The notes below the pieces were generated by a model that saw only the letters and a list, made by a program, of their open reading frames with translations, searched no databases and was not told where the DNA came from. This document shows positions 23,943 through 37,304 of a DNA stretch of 64,000 nt, one piece after another; positions within the stretch are counted from its first letter, which is position 1; every line of letters begins with the position of its first letter. This DNA comes from Octopus sinensis (taxonomy: Eukaryota), in assembly GCF_006345805.1 (NCBI RefSeq), contig NC_043006.1:104718001-104782000 (forward strand). The letters run 5' to 3'. Position numbers and translations under genes: made by a program.

Positions 23943-24164
23943 TTATTATTAATATCATTATCATTTCCAAGTAGCCGTAATAGAACTAGTTACTAGTATG
24001 GTAATATTTCTGAGAATGTAAATTTCATGATATCCATATCCACAGGCTCTCATCACAATATCTTCGTGATAACTTTCCATATTGTATCGCCTGAGGCCTC
24101 GCGAGAGCAGAGAGCAGTGACCAGAAGAAACTGAGAGTCAGGGAGAGAGAGAGAGTGAGAAAGT

Positions 24165-24195
<31 letters not shown>

Positions 24196-24729
24196 TGAGA
24201 AAGTGAGAAAGAGAGATAGAAAGAAATATTTACGTGCCAGACCACAAGGATTATCGATATAGTTGCTTAGCCCCCGGTAAATAATTATAGAGCATTGTTA
24301 TAACATCTGCAATCAGGCATAGTTTTCTATTCCCTTTTGTTTTTATTTTTAGATATTAAGTAACTACTAGGGTAGGTTGAAAGGTTCATAAGCTGATTAT
24401 GAAGGAATGATGCTAGAGGTATGAAATTTGGTAGGCATTAATTTGAAGTTTTCATATTAATAGTGGCAGTGTCTCGCTCCAGGTAAACTGATATTTAACT
24501 GTTTATAGAATACTTCAAAAGTAACTGAAAATGGACAGAACTTGGCATCGTGGTGCTAGTACCTGCAGTAAATGGATTTAGCCCCCAAGAGCATTGATGC
24601 TGATAGGATGCTACATTATGGGATGATGCTCCTGACTTCTCAGTGCAAAAGTGAGCACCTAAATTAAGCAGAGGAAGGAAGAGTCTTGAAGATGATCCAT
24701 GGTCTAGACGTCCTGCAATTGTCACCATT

Positions 24730-25179
24730 GAGTGGTTGTGTGGTAAGTAGCTTGCTTACCAACCACATTATTCTGGATGCAGTCCCACTGCGTGGCACCT
24801 TGGGCAAGTCTTTTCTACTATAGCCTCGGGTTGACCAAAGTCTTTTGAGTGGATTTAGGAAACTGAAAGAAGCCCGTCGTATATATATATATATGTGTGT
24901 ATGTGTGTGTATGTATGTGTGTGTGCATATGTGTGTATATGTGTGTGTGTCTGTGTGTGTCTGTGTTGGTTGGTGTATCTGTGTATGTCCCCCCACCATC
25001 GCTTGACAACCGATGTTGGTGTGTTTACCCCCACGTAACTTAGCTGTTCGGCAAAAGTGACCGACAAAGTAAGTGCTAGGCTTACAAAGAATAAGTCATG
25101 GGATCGATTTGCTCGACTAAAGGTGGTGCTCCAGCATGCCCGCGGCCAAATAACTGAAACATATAAAAGAATGAAAAGA
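24730..25179 (+). mobile_element. SINE family A, full length
   Basis: Head, CORE accttgggcaag, internal (GT)n, tail. Confidence 0.85.
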
Positions 25180-25199
25180 TGACAGGTGATTAACTATAA

Positions 25200-25800
25200 A
25201 AGAAATAGCCAATGCTATTAGAACATTCTGCACAAGTTTTCTGCTTGGTGGGTGCCTGATCTAAAGTTTGAGGCAGATCCCCCCGGTTTCCTGGTACGTT
25301 TCCAAAGCCAAAGCAACAATCTATGCAGTGGAAACACCCCTCCGCACCTGCTCCAAAAAAGGGGCTAGGATCGTTTCATCTGCAGAGAAGGCGATGACTT
25401 CCGATTTTAGGATGCAAACGCCACCGTGTTTAATGTCTAACTTCGAAATGCCAGACTATCAATGGATGGTAGAATGCCAACCTGCTGTGGCAGTTACGAA
25501 AGACTACCAAGAACAAACGCCCAGGAAAGCTGACGAAAGGAGAGTTGTTTCATAAGAACAAAGTTCCAGCCACATGCTCTTGGTTTCAATCGCTACTGTG
25601 CATTACCGAGTCTTTGGGCTGCTTCATCGCCCACTCTATTTTCTTTTTTTTTTTAGCCTCATCTGACTATCTTCTTTTCCCTAGCATGAAAAAACACCAG
25701 TTTCACAGTGATGATGACGTCATATCTGCTGGTGCTACCAGTTACCAGTCTTCCTTGAACAGTCAGGCGCCAGTTTACCTGGAAAGAAACAATGCAGTTA
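25200..25800 (+). mobile_element. Decayed mariner transposase fragment (irritans/Himar-like)
   Basis: KQQSMQWKHPS, SSAEKAMTS, KRPGKLTKG.LFH, ASSDYLLFPSMKKH across frameshifts. Confidence 0.7.
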
Positions 25801-26224
25801 TTAATAAGAAGGGATGAAATTAATGCGTGTAGGGTTTCATAGCTCAGGCATCCTTTCTTCGCAGTCAGCCTGTGAACCTTTCAGCTCACACTCGTAAATG
25901 CATTATGGCTTTGTAAGATTTCCCTACTCAAGAATTACTTCTTCAGAGTCAGCCTATGAAAATTACATCCCACCCTTAACACTGGCATTCTCAACAGCAC
26001 CCAAAGGGGGGCCTCCAACTGATCACATATATCCAGGGCTATCGGGGGTATTGTCATTTAAAAGATCCTCACAGACAGAGGGACGATGGTACCACTATAT
26101 ATTTCATCGTTTCTTTCTAAACCTGTCTAAATTCGAGAAAGCAATTAAATTTCAATGAACTATGAACTGTAATGAACTGTTACAATTCATGGAGATTACA
26201 AATAGATTTAACGGAAACGTTTTA

Positions 26225-26530
26225 CTGTTCTTATTGTTGTATTTAGGAACGGTCATTTTGCCAGTTTAGCCAATAAAAACACACGCACTATACATTTGGT
26301 GTTAATTTGCTTCACCATTATTTTTTACATTAATCTTAATCTTATTTCGGCCAGAGTTCTTTCGTCACACTTCTGTGATCTCATCAGTGGTCCTTTGCTT
26401 TCTTCTTTCTTATTTGTGTGTCTCTCCTTACTAACGATCAGCCATTTTTACCGTTCGTTATCTGTACTACTTTCTCTCTTTCTTCTCTTATCTCAAGTTT
26501 TGTATCTTAATTTTAGTTTATTTGTATAAA
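26225..26530 (-). mobile_element. Penelope-like pLTR remnant
   Basis: Contains a complete hammerhead; homologous to 15641-15785. Confidence 0.6.
26349..26392 (-). ncRNA. Type I hammerhead motif, canonical core, CUC triplet
   Basis: Minus strand gacca-CTGATGA-g(a)tcaca-gaag-tgtgac-GAAA-gaa-CTC-tggcc. Confidence 0.7.
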
Positions 26531-27235
26531 GGTTATTCTATACCTTCCTCAGTCTGTCATGCTTTACCAACATTTCACGGAGTTTAAGCTGTTTAGATAT
26601 CAATTAAATAAATAAATGAATAAATAGCAATAACGATGATAACAACAACAACAACAACCGGCCCTCGCTTAATGATATCCACGTGATTTAAACAATTTTG
26701 GTGTTTATATATTCTTGTATGTGTGTATTTATGTATGCATATATGTATGTCAGTGTGAGTCAGTGTGTCTGTGTACCTGTGTGTGTGTACCTGTGTACCT
26801 GTGTGTGTGTGTGTGTATGTGCGTACGCGTGCCATTAACCATCATTGTTTATGAAATGAATATATCCATTCCATCTCATGGGTGATGGTCAAAGCATCAA
26901 AGAAAAAATTCCAAGGCAGTACAAAACAGTTTTTACTCCTATCTCAAGGAGCATCATTTACGTGTTCAAGAGTGCTGTGTGCGTTTTCATTCACGAACCT
27001 CTTCTTGGTTCTTCGAGCCCTATGTACAGACTGAATCCTTGCTTACAGGTCTTGATTGTGGAAATTGGTCCAGAAGATTCTCATTAAAATTCAGTAATCG
27101 ATTAATTAAAGATATTAAAATCTCCTCACAGCTGCTCCCACAATTTTCAGCTATCTCCAATAACTTAATTTTAAGTTATACCATATAATAGATTGGTTCA
27201 AATCTAATCTATTATTGATGTGTTTATATTATATA

Positions 27236-27796
27236 TTGGGTTGTCCGGAAAGTTCATGCCGATTTTTAAAGGAAAGAAAAAGGTCAATAAATACTTGCCA
27301 TTACATTTTAATCAACCAAATATGAAACATTTTGTTGCCCAATACTTCTCCATTTTCTCTTTAACTTGAAAATACCCTCTTCCCAGAACTGAGGGGGTTT
27401 CGTGGCAAAGAATTCAAGGTATCTTTTTACGTCATCCAAGGAATTGAAATTTTTACCATTAAAACTATTCTGCAGAGACCTGAATAGGTGGAAATCCGAG
27501 GAGCAATATCTGGTGAATATGGAGTGAGAGGTAACACATCCCAGCCGAGCTGCAGCAATTTTTGTCTGGTTCCCAAAACATCAAGTGCCGAAAATGAACT
27601 TTCTTATCTTCCATTTTAAAGAGTTACAAAATTAACACAGGTTATAGGAACATAAAACTTATTTCACGAAAAGATAGCTTAAACTGTGCTCTAAATGGAG
27701 GTGTAGTCAAATCCTATATTATGGACTCAACCATGTTCTAAAATAAGTCGAAATATAAGCTACTATAAAACGTCACGAACTTTCCGGGTAACCCAA
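27236..27796 (-). mobile_element. Internally deleted mariner (561 bp) with both TIRs and TA TSD
   Basis: TIRs ttgggttgtccggaaagttc and gaactttccgggtaacccaa; N-terminal KKVHFRHL joined to C-terminal LLQLGWDVLP, YSPDI, FHLFRSLQN. Confidence 0.88.
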
Positions 27797-28007
27797 TATT
27801 TTATTGTTAGGCATAACGATTCCTTGCTTGACACCATTAAGAATGTATTATTCTGTTGCAAATTTTCAGTCTAAAGTTTATGGTCTCTATTTCATCCCTT
27901 TTCTCTCTCGCTACAGAGGATTAGTTAAGGAGACATGGGAAACTTATCCCCAATATCTCACGTCTGACCTCTTATAATATATTCTTTCCACTTGAATGAA
28001 GCAGGAC

Positions 28008-28372
28008 ACCAGTGGTTCTCAGACGGTTTTCCAGAGGCAGTGACTAGGTGCGCTTTATCACACGTTTTAGAAAATTCCTATTAATACTGGACTGACTTAC
28101 AAAATCAATTTATTCATGAATTTGATATATCATCGACAAGTTTGAAACAATAAAGAAACAGCTTCAAGGAAAAGAAATTTAAATATATTAAGAAACTTCC
28201 CCTAGGCGCAGGGGTGGCTGTGTTGTATGGATCTTATTTCCCAACCACATGGCACTAGATTTAGTCTCACTGCGTGGCATCTTGAACAGGTGTCTTTAAC
28301 TATAGCCTTGAGCCCACCAAAGCCTTGTGGATGGATTTGGTAGAATGAAAAAAGCCCAGAGTATATATATAT

Positions 28373-28427
<55 letters not shown>

Positions 28428-28887
28428 TTACATACATACATACACACACACACACGTACACACACACCCACACACACACATATATAAGAGGGATGACCAT
28501 TAAGTGGTCATCTAATATGCTAGATGTAGACCCCATATGGTCTGACCACTAAGAAAAGATTATTCTCAAGAAAATTCAGCAAACACCAAAACGTAAGCGA
28601 GTATTTTCTAAAACGTATGATCAAGCGCACCTGGACACAACCTGTGGAACACCGTCTGAGAACCACTGGTCTCCTTCTTCATTCACAATTGCGTATGTAA
28701 TTATGTAAGTGGTAACAATGAAACCTGGTATGTGACTAATCTTTATATTTTGTATCATTTCTTTTGTCTTGCGTTCTGGCGTTTGCTGAATTTTCTTGAG
28801 AACATTTTTTTCATAGGTGTCAGACCATATGGCGGGGGTATACATCTATCTTATTGGATGTCCACTTCGTGGTCACCCCTCTTATAT
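28008..28887. mobile_element. Three pieces of one ~190-bp MITE-like repeat (28008-28076 plus, 28481-28670 minus, 28762-28887 plus)
   Basis: Perfect 20-bp inverted repeat accagtggttctcagacggt at 28008 and 28651 (hAT-like CAGTGGTTCTCA end) extending ~65 bp; ~120-bp inverted similarity between 28481-28610 and 28762-28887. Confidence 0.6.
28204..28362 (+). mobile_element. SINE family A head
   Basis: aggcgcaggggtggctgtgt...tgcgtggcatcttgaacagg. Confidence 0.75.
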
Positions 28888-29046
28888 GTATGTAATATAG
28901 TTTTTCTGATATCTTCAGATTTTTTTCAGTATGCTAGGCCACTGGTTTAAATAGATATTAATCAAATAAATATTCAATTTTTTATTCTTATTATTTAAAT
29001 TTATATATATATACGCATATGTGCGTGTGTGTGTGTGTGTATGTGT

Positions 29047-29110
<64 letters not shown>

Positions 29111-29115
<5 letters not shown>

Positions 29116-29286
29116 TCCCTCTTCACCGCTTGACAACAGGTGTTCACTGATGTCTTTAGGCCCCCGTATTAGGCATAAAATTATAAGTTCTGGGAGTCGA
29201 TGCATTCGATCAAAAATGTTTCAAAGCGATGCTCCTGTATGGCCGCAGTCAAATCACTGAAACAAGTAAAAGAATAAGAGAAAAAG
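29111..29286 (+). mobile_element. SINE family A tail
   Basis: cgcttgacaac...ggccgcagtcaaatcactgaaacaagtaaaag. Confidence 0.7.
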
Positions 29287-29518
29287 AAACGCACTCAACT
29301 TTTCCACGATATCCGGTGCCCCATAGAAGGAAAGACATTGAGTGCAGCCTCTGTGGATACTGTGGGTTGCGATAGGCATTGAACAGAGGAACGTGCGGCC
29401 CAAAACATATTCTTGATGTCTGCCAGGAGCATCCAAAACATCGGAAAACGTTCTGACGCTAAACAGGTTGCAACTGCTCAAACGGTGGCATTTTGGATCT
29501 ATCTCGGTGTCTTTTATA

Positions 29519-29736
29519 TTGCTTTCAAATTTTGACACAAGGCCAGCAATTTCGAGGGAGGGTGTAATTTGATTTACATCGACCCCAGTGTTCAACTGGT
29601 ACTTATTTTATCAACCTCCGACGGGACAAAAGTTAACGTCGACCGGGGTGGAATTTGAACCCAAAACGTAAAGGCGGACGAAATGCTTGTTAAGCATTTT
29701 GCCCGGCTCGGTAATGATTCAGTCAGTTCACTGCCA
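29519..29736 (-). mobile_element. SINE family B', alternative tail
   Basis: Minus-strand tail ggccttgtgtcaaaatttgaaagc. Confidence 0.7.
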
Positions 29737-29823
29737 TGGGTATCCTTTATATTGAAACCGCTCTATACCCCATGCATCTAAACGAGTACGCAGTGCATGA
29801 CATCAAATCAGACTTAATCCATA

Positions 29824-30041
29824 TGCAAGGGGGTGGGTGGGCTGAACAGTTCCTGGCCTTAAGGGTATCGCGAAAGGCCTTGTTGGAGACCCAACATTCC
29901 GAGTCCTTTCACAGGGCTTAGAAAAACTGAAGGGCCACTCCAATATATGTGTGAATCTGAGTGGGGAATAAATTCATAATCAACTGATCTTCTTGTGTTT
30001 TTCATTACTCATGGCCAGGAACTTTTCAGCAGCCCCTTGTA
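29824..30041. mobile_element. Mariner-derived MITE (~220 bp)
   Basis: Ends gctgaacagttcctggc and gccaggaacttttcagcagccccttgta; homologous to 32810-33028. Confidence 0.75.
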
Positions 30042-31154
30042 TGCATTTTTCTCTACTCATCACCTGTATTGTATATCCCTTTCGAAACCCATTTTGATTA
30101 ACCCTTTCTCCCCATAACTATACCCTCTGGAACACACTCCGAAAAACGCTGTTCCTATTATAAAATTACAAACATAAAAAAAAGTCTGCAAAAGTTATGG
30201 GTTTCTGGTTTCTGTTTTTATTTTCTTTGCTAAATGAGAACGTCACATGTAAAATAGCTTTTAAATCACGTGAGAGAAAACGGCTGCAAAGGTGAATAAA
30301 TTAATGTAATCGTTACCGGATGTAATTTTGGTTTACCAATCACCAAAATCTTGTAAGCCTATGATGCGTCACCGTGAACAATAGCTTACACCGAATTCTC
30401 TCCGAAATCTTTTATTTTTCTTTATTAATTTACACTTGCACTCGAATATGTGTAAACAATTTTGGGGAACTTTTGATTGGCTGTTCAAGCTAGTGACGTC
30501 ATTGAATAATATTCCTTTCAATATCCGGCTGATATGAAATCGGCACGATATTTTTATCTCTTTTTCCACGCGAAATTTGACTGGCTGATTTATAATTTTT
30601 TGCCTATGATATCATAGTTATTCTGTGACTAATACTTAGTCATTGGATACCGATTCGTTTATCCAGGATATATCCTCATCGGTTTTAAGTATATTTCTAC
30701 CTATATAGGTATGCATACAGAAACGTAGGTTCTGATGTTGTTGTTGTTGTTGTTGTTATTTTTGATGGAACATTCATACGATGACTAATCTGCCTTTGAT
30801 CGTTATATCACGTTATATTACCTAATGTGTCCATTATAATAAGAGAGCAGTGTGTAATTTACGAAAAGTTTGACTGCTATTTTTAGCCGGCACTATGACC
30901 ATATAGAGCACATGATACTTTGTATGCAAGTGTGAAGGTGCGGCTGTGATATCAGCAGTTGATACTTAACAGAATAGGCCTGTCTTGAAGCAGTATCACA
31001 CCTATCACCAGAGGCATTCCAGCCGTGACAATCCTGCATATTTGTTTGCAGTGTGGGTGTGTAACTACTATTTCAAGAGAAATTAGACACTCCGTAGGTA
31101 ATGGTGCAAAGGAGTGGTGCGTGCGTGAAGCAAAATGTAAATACACACGGACAT

Positions 31155-31234
<80 letters not shown>

Positions 31235-31254
31235 ACACACACATATATATATAT

Positions 31255-31396
31255 ACGACGAGATTCTTTCAATTTCCGTCTACCAAATCCACTCACAAGG
31301 CTTTGTTCGGCCCGAGGATATAGTGTCACGCAGTGGGACTGAACCTGTAGCCATGTGGTTGGTAAGCAAGCTACTTACCACACAACCACTCCTGCG

Positions 31397-31399
<3 letters not shown>
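31255..31399 (-). mobile_element. SINE family A head with internal deletion
   Basis: Minus strand aggcgcaggagtggttgtgtggtaagtagc. Confidence 0.75.
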
Positions 31400-31437
<38 letters not shown>

Positions 31438-31568
31438 GTATTTATGTGCGTGTGTGTATATATGTATATGTGTGTATGTGCACACGGCAAGTGAGAGAGT
31501 GAGAGAGTGAGAGAGTGAGAGAACGTGAGAGAAAGAAAGAAAAAAAGAAAGAAGGAAGGAGGGGGTGT

Positions 31569-31631
<63 letters not shown>

Positions 31632-31833
31632 GCTTGCAGTGATTTCTGGAGCTGTCGACTGCCGGAGCTGGCCAGGGTATTGCAGCTTCCGAGAGTATCA
31701 TTTCTTCCTTGCTTTGTTCTATAGCGTAGAACGCTGTCATCCCATGCAATCGCTACGCTTAAATACTTGCAGCTGGAGCTACTTAAATCTTGCGCCAATT
31801 ATCATCGTCATTAATATTATTATTGTTGTTGTC

Positions 31834-31919
<86 letters not shown>

Positions 31920-32033
31920 CTACAATTTACTTTGGAATTTTTCATTGCTACCGGATTTGGGCTCTTTTTTCTTATGTTTGCGCGGTAGGCATAACGGCTG
32001 TCTGTCTATCTATTTATCTATCTATCTAGCTAG

Positions 32034-32110
<77 letters not shown>

Positions 32111-32809
32111 CTGTGCGGCCGTTTGTGTGTGATACATACATATGTATGTATGTATGTATGTGTGTATGTATGCATATGTGTATGTATGTATATGAAACAC
32201 ACTGACACACATATATACATACATACATTCACAAATACACAGAAGTGTTGTATTCGGGTTTATATTTATACGTGTATGTTTCGGTATTATAATAAACTAG
32301 TATGTATGTATAAATATTCATACAGATATCAGAACATGTTTATAGAAAACTATCTTAAGACCGTACGTCTGCCGATGTCTATAAATACAATAGTCTATAT
32401 ATAGAACTATACTACGTATAATTTTATAAGTGCTATAGATTATAAATCTCTTGATATGATGTAAATATATATGTGCTCTGTACAGTTAATTTTACACGTA
32501 AATAGAATATTGATTTCCGAAAAAGTGATGAGGTCTACAGTTCATGGAGAAAATAGTATATTGCTTTCTGGCTGTCATACTTTTTTTTGTTCTCGTTTTC
32601 AGTGGTTTTGGAAGAAGGGACACTGCACATAGTTGCTGCAAGCTAGATTTGATGCTGTTTTGAAGGACAGAACAGAGAGGCTTGTGCAAGCTTGGTGTTG
32701 GGTATTGCTAGTGTTTTAGCGCAGGTTTCAGCCAGATCAAATGAAAATTCTTGTTCGCTGCTATCTAGGTAAGATAGATGTGTTGCATGATGATTGGAGT
32801 TTGTATATA

Positions 32810-33028
32810 CGAAGGGGATGCTGAAAAGTTCCTTACTTTACGGGTATCATAAAAGGCCTGACTGGGGGACCAAATTTCCGAGTTCTTTTACAGGGTTAAA
32901 AAAAAACTCTTGGACCGCTTCATTAAGAGTGTGGACCTGAGAGGGAAATATGTGGCGTAAAATCATAAATAACTGATCCTCCTGTATTTTCTTTTACTCA
33001 AAGCCAGGAACTTTTGAGCACTCCTTCG
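32810..33028. mobile_element. Mariner-derived MITE with TA TSD
   Basis: TIRs cgaaggggatgctgaaaagttcct and aggaacttttgagcactccttcg, TA on both sides. Confidence 0.82.
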
Positions 33029-33539
33029 TAATCAAGCATCCCCTTATAGGGAGAAATTTGCATAGAAACTGTAGTCTGGAGTGCGGAAAGTGTTTGTAGA
33101 TAGGCGTTTAGTTGTTTCTGTGTCGGAGAGAAGTTAGAAACATGGTTTTCATGTGGGTATGTGTAGGTTCTAGTCTTTAGTGAAATTCGTAGATGTTTGA
33201 GAAGACGAGGGAAATTTACTACATGATCAATTCTATATTTTTGGTTACATCGTGAATCAGGCGGAAAGTGTCACTCTACCTGGAAAGATCTCAGCAATCT
33301 GGAGATGGAAGCCTGGTCTGAATGCTTGCACCAGCATGCTTTTCGCTTTGGGCATCAACCGATACGCCGGGTGGTACTGATAAATCGGACTGCAAAATGT
33401 GCTTCCTTCTCCTAAAAGATATCTTTGTTTCAGTTAATTAACGAACTGTAACTTGAGATCGAAATTAGTCACCGGAAGTCCTTTCTCTAGTGTGATTGCA
33501 CGATCGGTTGAAACCCATATTATATGAGGAGATTAAAAA

Positions 33540-34300
33540 AAGGCGGGTGGGGATAAAAACCCATTATATTCGAGACCCCAGCAGTATATATGGTTTCAAG
33601 GAGTTGAAAACAGATTCCAAAAAGAGAGTGTCGTGTTAATATCTTCCCAATTCATTCAATGATCCTAAATTTTACTCAGGTAGCGTATTAACCAAATATG
33701 AAATCATAATTGACCTCTATGCATATATACAGGTGACTGAATGGGGAGCAATTGAAAATTTTGCTGTACCTACTTTAAGAATATTCTATGGCATTGATAT
33801 ATATAATAACAATTTAATAAATAAAACATATGCACACATAAATACATAAATGTACATACCTACATATATATGTATATATACATATATATATGAGTAAAGG
33901 ACACCACCAAAACGCGTAGAACACAACGAGTAACGAAAACATAAAAACAAAACAAGGAAACGGACTTTTTTTTAACAACGAAAAAATAGAGTACAAGACA
34001 TACAACACAAGGAACATTCCCCTTCTTCAGCTGCCCCTGTTTCGACTCAATGCGTGTTTCGAAGGTAAGGGCAGAACACGACTACTTGAAACAATCCTTC
34101 CCGCAAAGCGAATTAAATAAAAATTTGTTTGCGGTTCTATGCTTTTTTGTGGTGCCCTGTACCCATTAATGCATGTATATATACATATAGATGTAGGTAT
34201 GTACATTTATGTATGTATGTATATGCTTTATTTATTAAATTGTTATTATATGATTGAACGTACGCGTCTTCCCCCAAGTAAGTTTTACATATATATATAT
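33540..34300 (-). mobile_element. Penelope-like pLTR remnant with internal microsatellite
   Basis: Minus strand gcag-CTGAAGA-agggg at 34034-34019 and cctt-GAAAC-catat-ATA-ctgc at 33601-33581. Confidence 0.5.
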
Positions 34301-34307
34301 AATATAT

Positions 34308-34352
<45 letters not shown>

Positions 34353-35529
34353 TATATATACGTATTGCTCCACTATCAACCGATTATACTCGACTCCCGA
34401 AAACTCTATCTATGAATCACTAAGCACATATTACAAAAATTCTAATTACTTTCTGCTTAAAATTGTATGTGGATGAGATATCCCATATGTAAGATATCTT
34501 ATATTTCGACCGAATATGGTTGGTTATTAATATTCATACTATATATTTGATGTCTTTATCTTGTATCGTTCCCAAAAACTTTGATATAGAACGAACTGTT
34601 GTTGTTTTTTTTTGTGATATAAGACTTAATTTTTTTTCCTGATATATGATAACAAGATATGTGCTTCCTTCTTAAGTTTCTGCATAATACTTACACACTC
34701 TAATAACAAGATGCTTTTAGAGATTCAAAATACAAACCTTCCACTAGATCTTGTGGTATGGATTATATGTTGATATATATGAAGGGGAATAAGGTAGAAT
34801 TGGAAAAACAGCGGACGAAATTTTTAGCGGTATTTTGTCACGTTTAAGTTATACTTATCTATTTATAAATTCGATAAATACCAGTTCAGTACTACCATCT
34901 TTATCATCGACAGAGAAATATGTGATCTTCTGCTAATCTTATGAATAATAGGTTATATAGAAGCCATTGTAATTAAAGTAAAGAAAAAAACGGGAAAATG
35001 TCCATTTAATTAAAATTGCATGCAGAATGGCAAGAAAAATTAATTAGCTGGTCAAGGAAAACAAAAGAGGGAACATTTAAATCCAAGTTGATTAAACGTT
35101 AACAGTTGGGAGGTGTTAATGTTATCTGTAGCAAATACATTATCAGCTCAAGCATGGTCTGCGCTTTTCAGATCTCGTCCCCTAAGCATGGTATTACCAA
35201 TAACTTCTAGTTGTTTTGTAACTGAGGCTTATAAAATAGTTCCACCGAATAAACTTTGATAGTGGCATGATTTCTCACAGTAAATGGCGAGGAGACACAA
35301 AGGTGGTTTCTCAATAAAAAAAAATACAAAAAGGTAAAAACAAAAACACATAGTTAAGTTCCAGTTAACGTACATTATATAGTGACCAAAAATATATCCA
35401 ATTAATTAAAATTACACAAGTATTGATGGGGGATAATCTCTACCTTTAATGGCTAATTCTGGTCAAAAAATACAGGAGAGACAATTCTGAAATCGAAATT
35501 GATTATAAATTGAATGGGTGAAAGCAGTG

Positions 35530-35715
35530 CAGTGCGAAACCCAACATCTAGGTTCTTGTAAGTCATAGTAATATTATCCTGTGCTGAAGAAGTTTAATAA
35601 TACCGAAACACGTCAATAGCTATTACAGTACTTGCCAAATATAAGCTCGCTTCCAATTACTCGTGTTTATATTTTAATTTATTTGAATTATCGAGTCATT
35701 GCGATTGTTTAATTT
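35530..35715 (+). mobile_element. ~190-bp hammerhead-containing repeat monomer (retrozyme/PLE-like)
   Basis: Homologous to 36814-37050; contains CTGAAGA...GAAACacGTC at 35579-35619. Confidence 0.6.
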
Positions 35716-35740
35716 GTTTCGCTCTGAGTGAACATATCTG

Positions 35741-35967
35741 TTTCTTTACTACCCACAATGGGCTAAACACAGAGGGGACAAACAAGGACAGACAAACGGA
35801 TTAAGTTGATTACATCGACACCAGTGCGTAACTGGTACTTAATTTATCGATCCCGAAAGGATGAAAGGCAAAGTCGACATCGGCGGAATTTGAACTGAGA
35901 ACATAACGGCAGACGAAATACGGCTACGCATTCGTCCGACGTGCTAACGGTTCTGCCAGCTCGACGC
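35741..35967 (-). mobile_element. SINE family B, full length
   Basis: Reverse complement of the family B copies. Confidence 0.85.
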
Positions 35968-36813
35968 TTTCTGACTGAACATATCTATGATTACAAACGA
36001 TTCGACGATGCGTGTATCTCAGGCGAGGCATGTCCATTCCTTTTTTAGATGTTAGAGTGAGATTTGAGGAGGTTTAACCGATATTTCTAACAACGGAAGC
36101 GACCCTTACCCTAACCCCTCTATTTGGGTGTTTTCGCCTAAGTCTTACTTCAACTAACAATTACAAGTAAAAATTTAATGACTGCGTAAGTAACTGGGAA
36201 ATATTTTTGACTCATTATGTTAATTATGTTGACCTTTGTTTACAGCATTTTTCTTTTGTCGTACAAATTCGTCCCTCTATCATACTCTTCCAACCCACGA
36301 TGCCATTATTTTAGAAGACATCATCATACGTTGTAGATGTATGACAAGAAAGATTCACATTTGCATTCAGCTCTCTTCGTTCAAATATCAAATTTCACTG
36401 ACTTCAACTTTCCTTTACGTTCATCAAAGGGTTTACTAAATTAAAATATTACAGATGTACAGGGAAATAATTAAATCATTATACACCTTCCTTCATTAAA
36501 ATTTAATTTGTACACCACCGTGATTGAATTTCTTCTAATTTTGTAGCCTACAATATGTCACAGGCTTACTTAATTCTACCAATAATCTGGTAACCAATTC
36601 GAGTTACAAACCGTAGCTTTATAAGATAAGTTCCCCTATCTTGTTTCCTCTGTTTCGTGGCGAATTGTTTTATGTACTGGCGGTACATAAATGCACAGGA
36701 ACAATAGCTATTGTATTCCGAGTATATCCGTTTCGTCCACTTCTTTAGTGGTCACTGGCAACACCCATCTATATACCTTACTTGCTGCACAGTTAATAAA
36801 AAAAACCCGTAGT

Positions 36814-37050
36814 ATTTTAATTGATTTGAATTATCGAGTTATTGCGAACGAGTACAAGCAATAGAGTGCGAAACCCGGCATCTAGAGACTTATAACTTGT
36901 AGTAAGTCTATCCTGTTCTGAGGAGGTTTTATAAAACCGAAACATGCCAATACTGATCACAATACTTACCGAATATAATGTGCAGTTCCAGTTTCTTTCA
37001 TTCAAATTTTAATTGAATTGAATCATCGAGTTAATGCGATTGTTTAGTTT
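36814..37050 (+). mobile_element. ~192-bp hammerhead-containing repeat, monomer plus partial tandem copy
   Basis: attttaattgatttgaattatcgagttattgcga at 36814 repeats at 37006; tgtt-CTGAGGA-ggttt-tata-aaacc-GAAAC-at-GCC-aata at 36914-36952. Confidence 0.62.
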
Positions 37051-37304
37051 TAATGCTCAAGTTCTTTTAGCTTGCCTCCACTCTATCCGTCACTGGCATG
37101 TTGAAATAAAATCGAGAACAAAAAGGTAACTAACGGCTGCTCTCCAGCCTCTGCATGTCGTCTCCTTCTATCACTAATAAAATGACTGCTATTCCTCGTA
37201 GCTACGAAGTCTCGTACCCGCCCCACTCGGGCACCAGAGACACATTTGGCTCTTCATTTCGAATCTCTCTTCTGGCATTCAATGTTTTGGCCCAGCACTA
37301 AACT

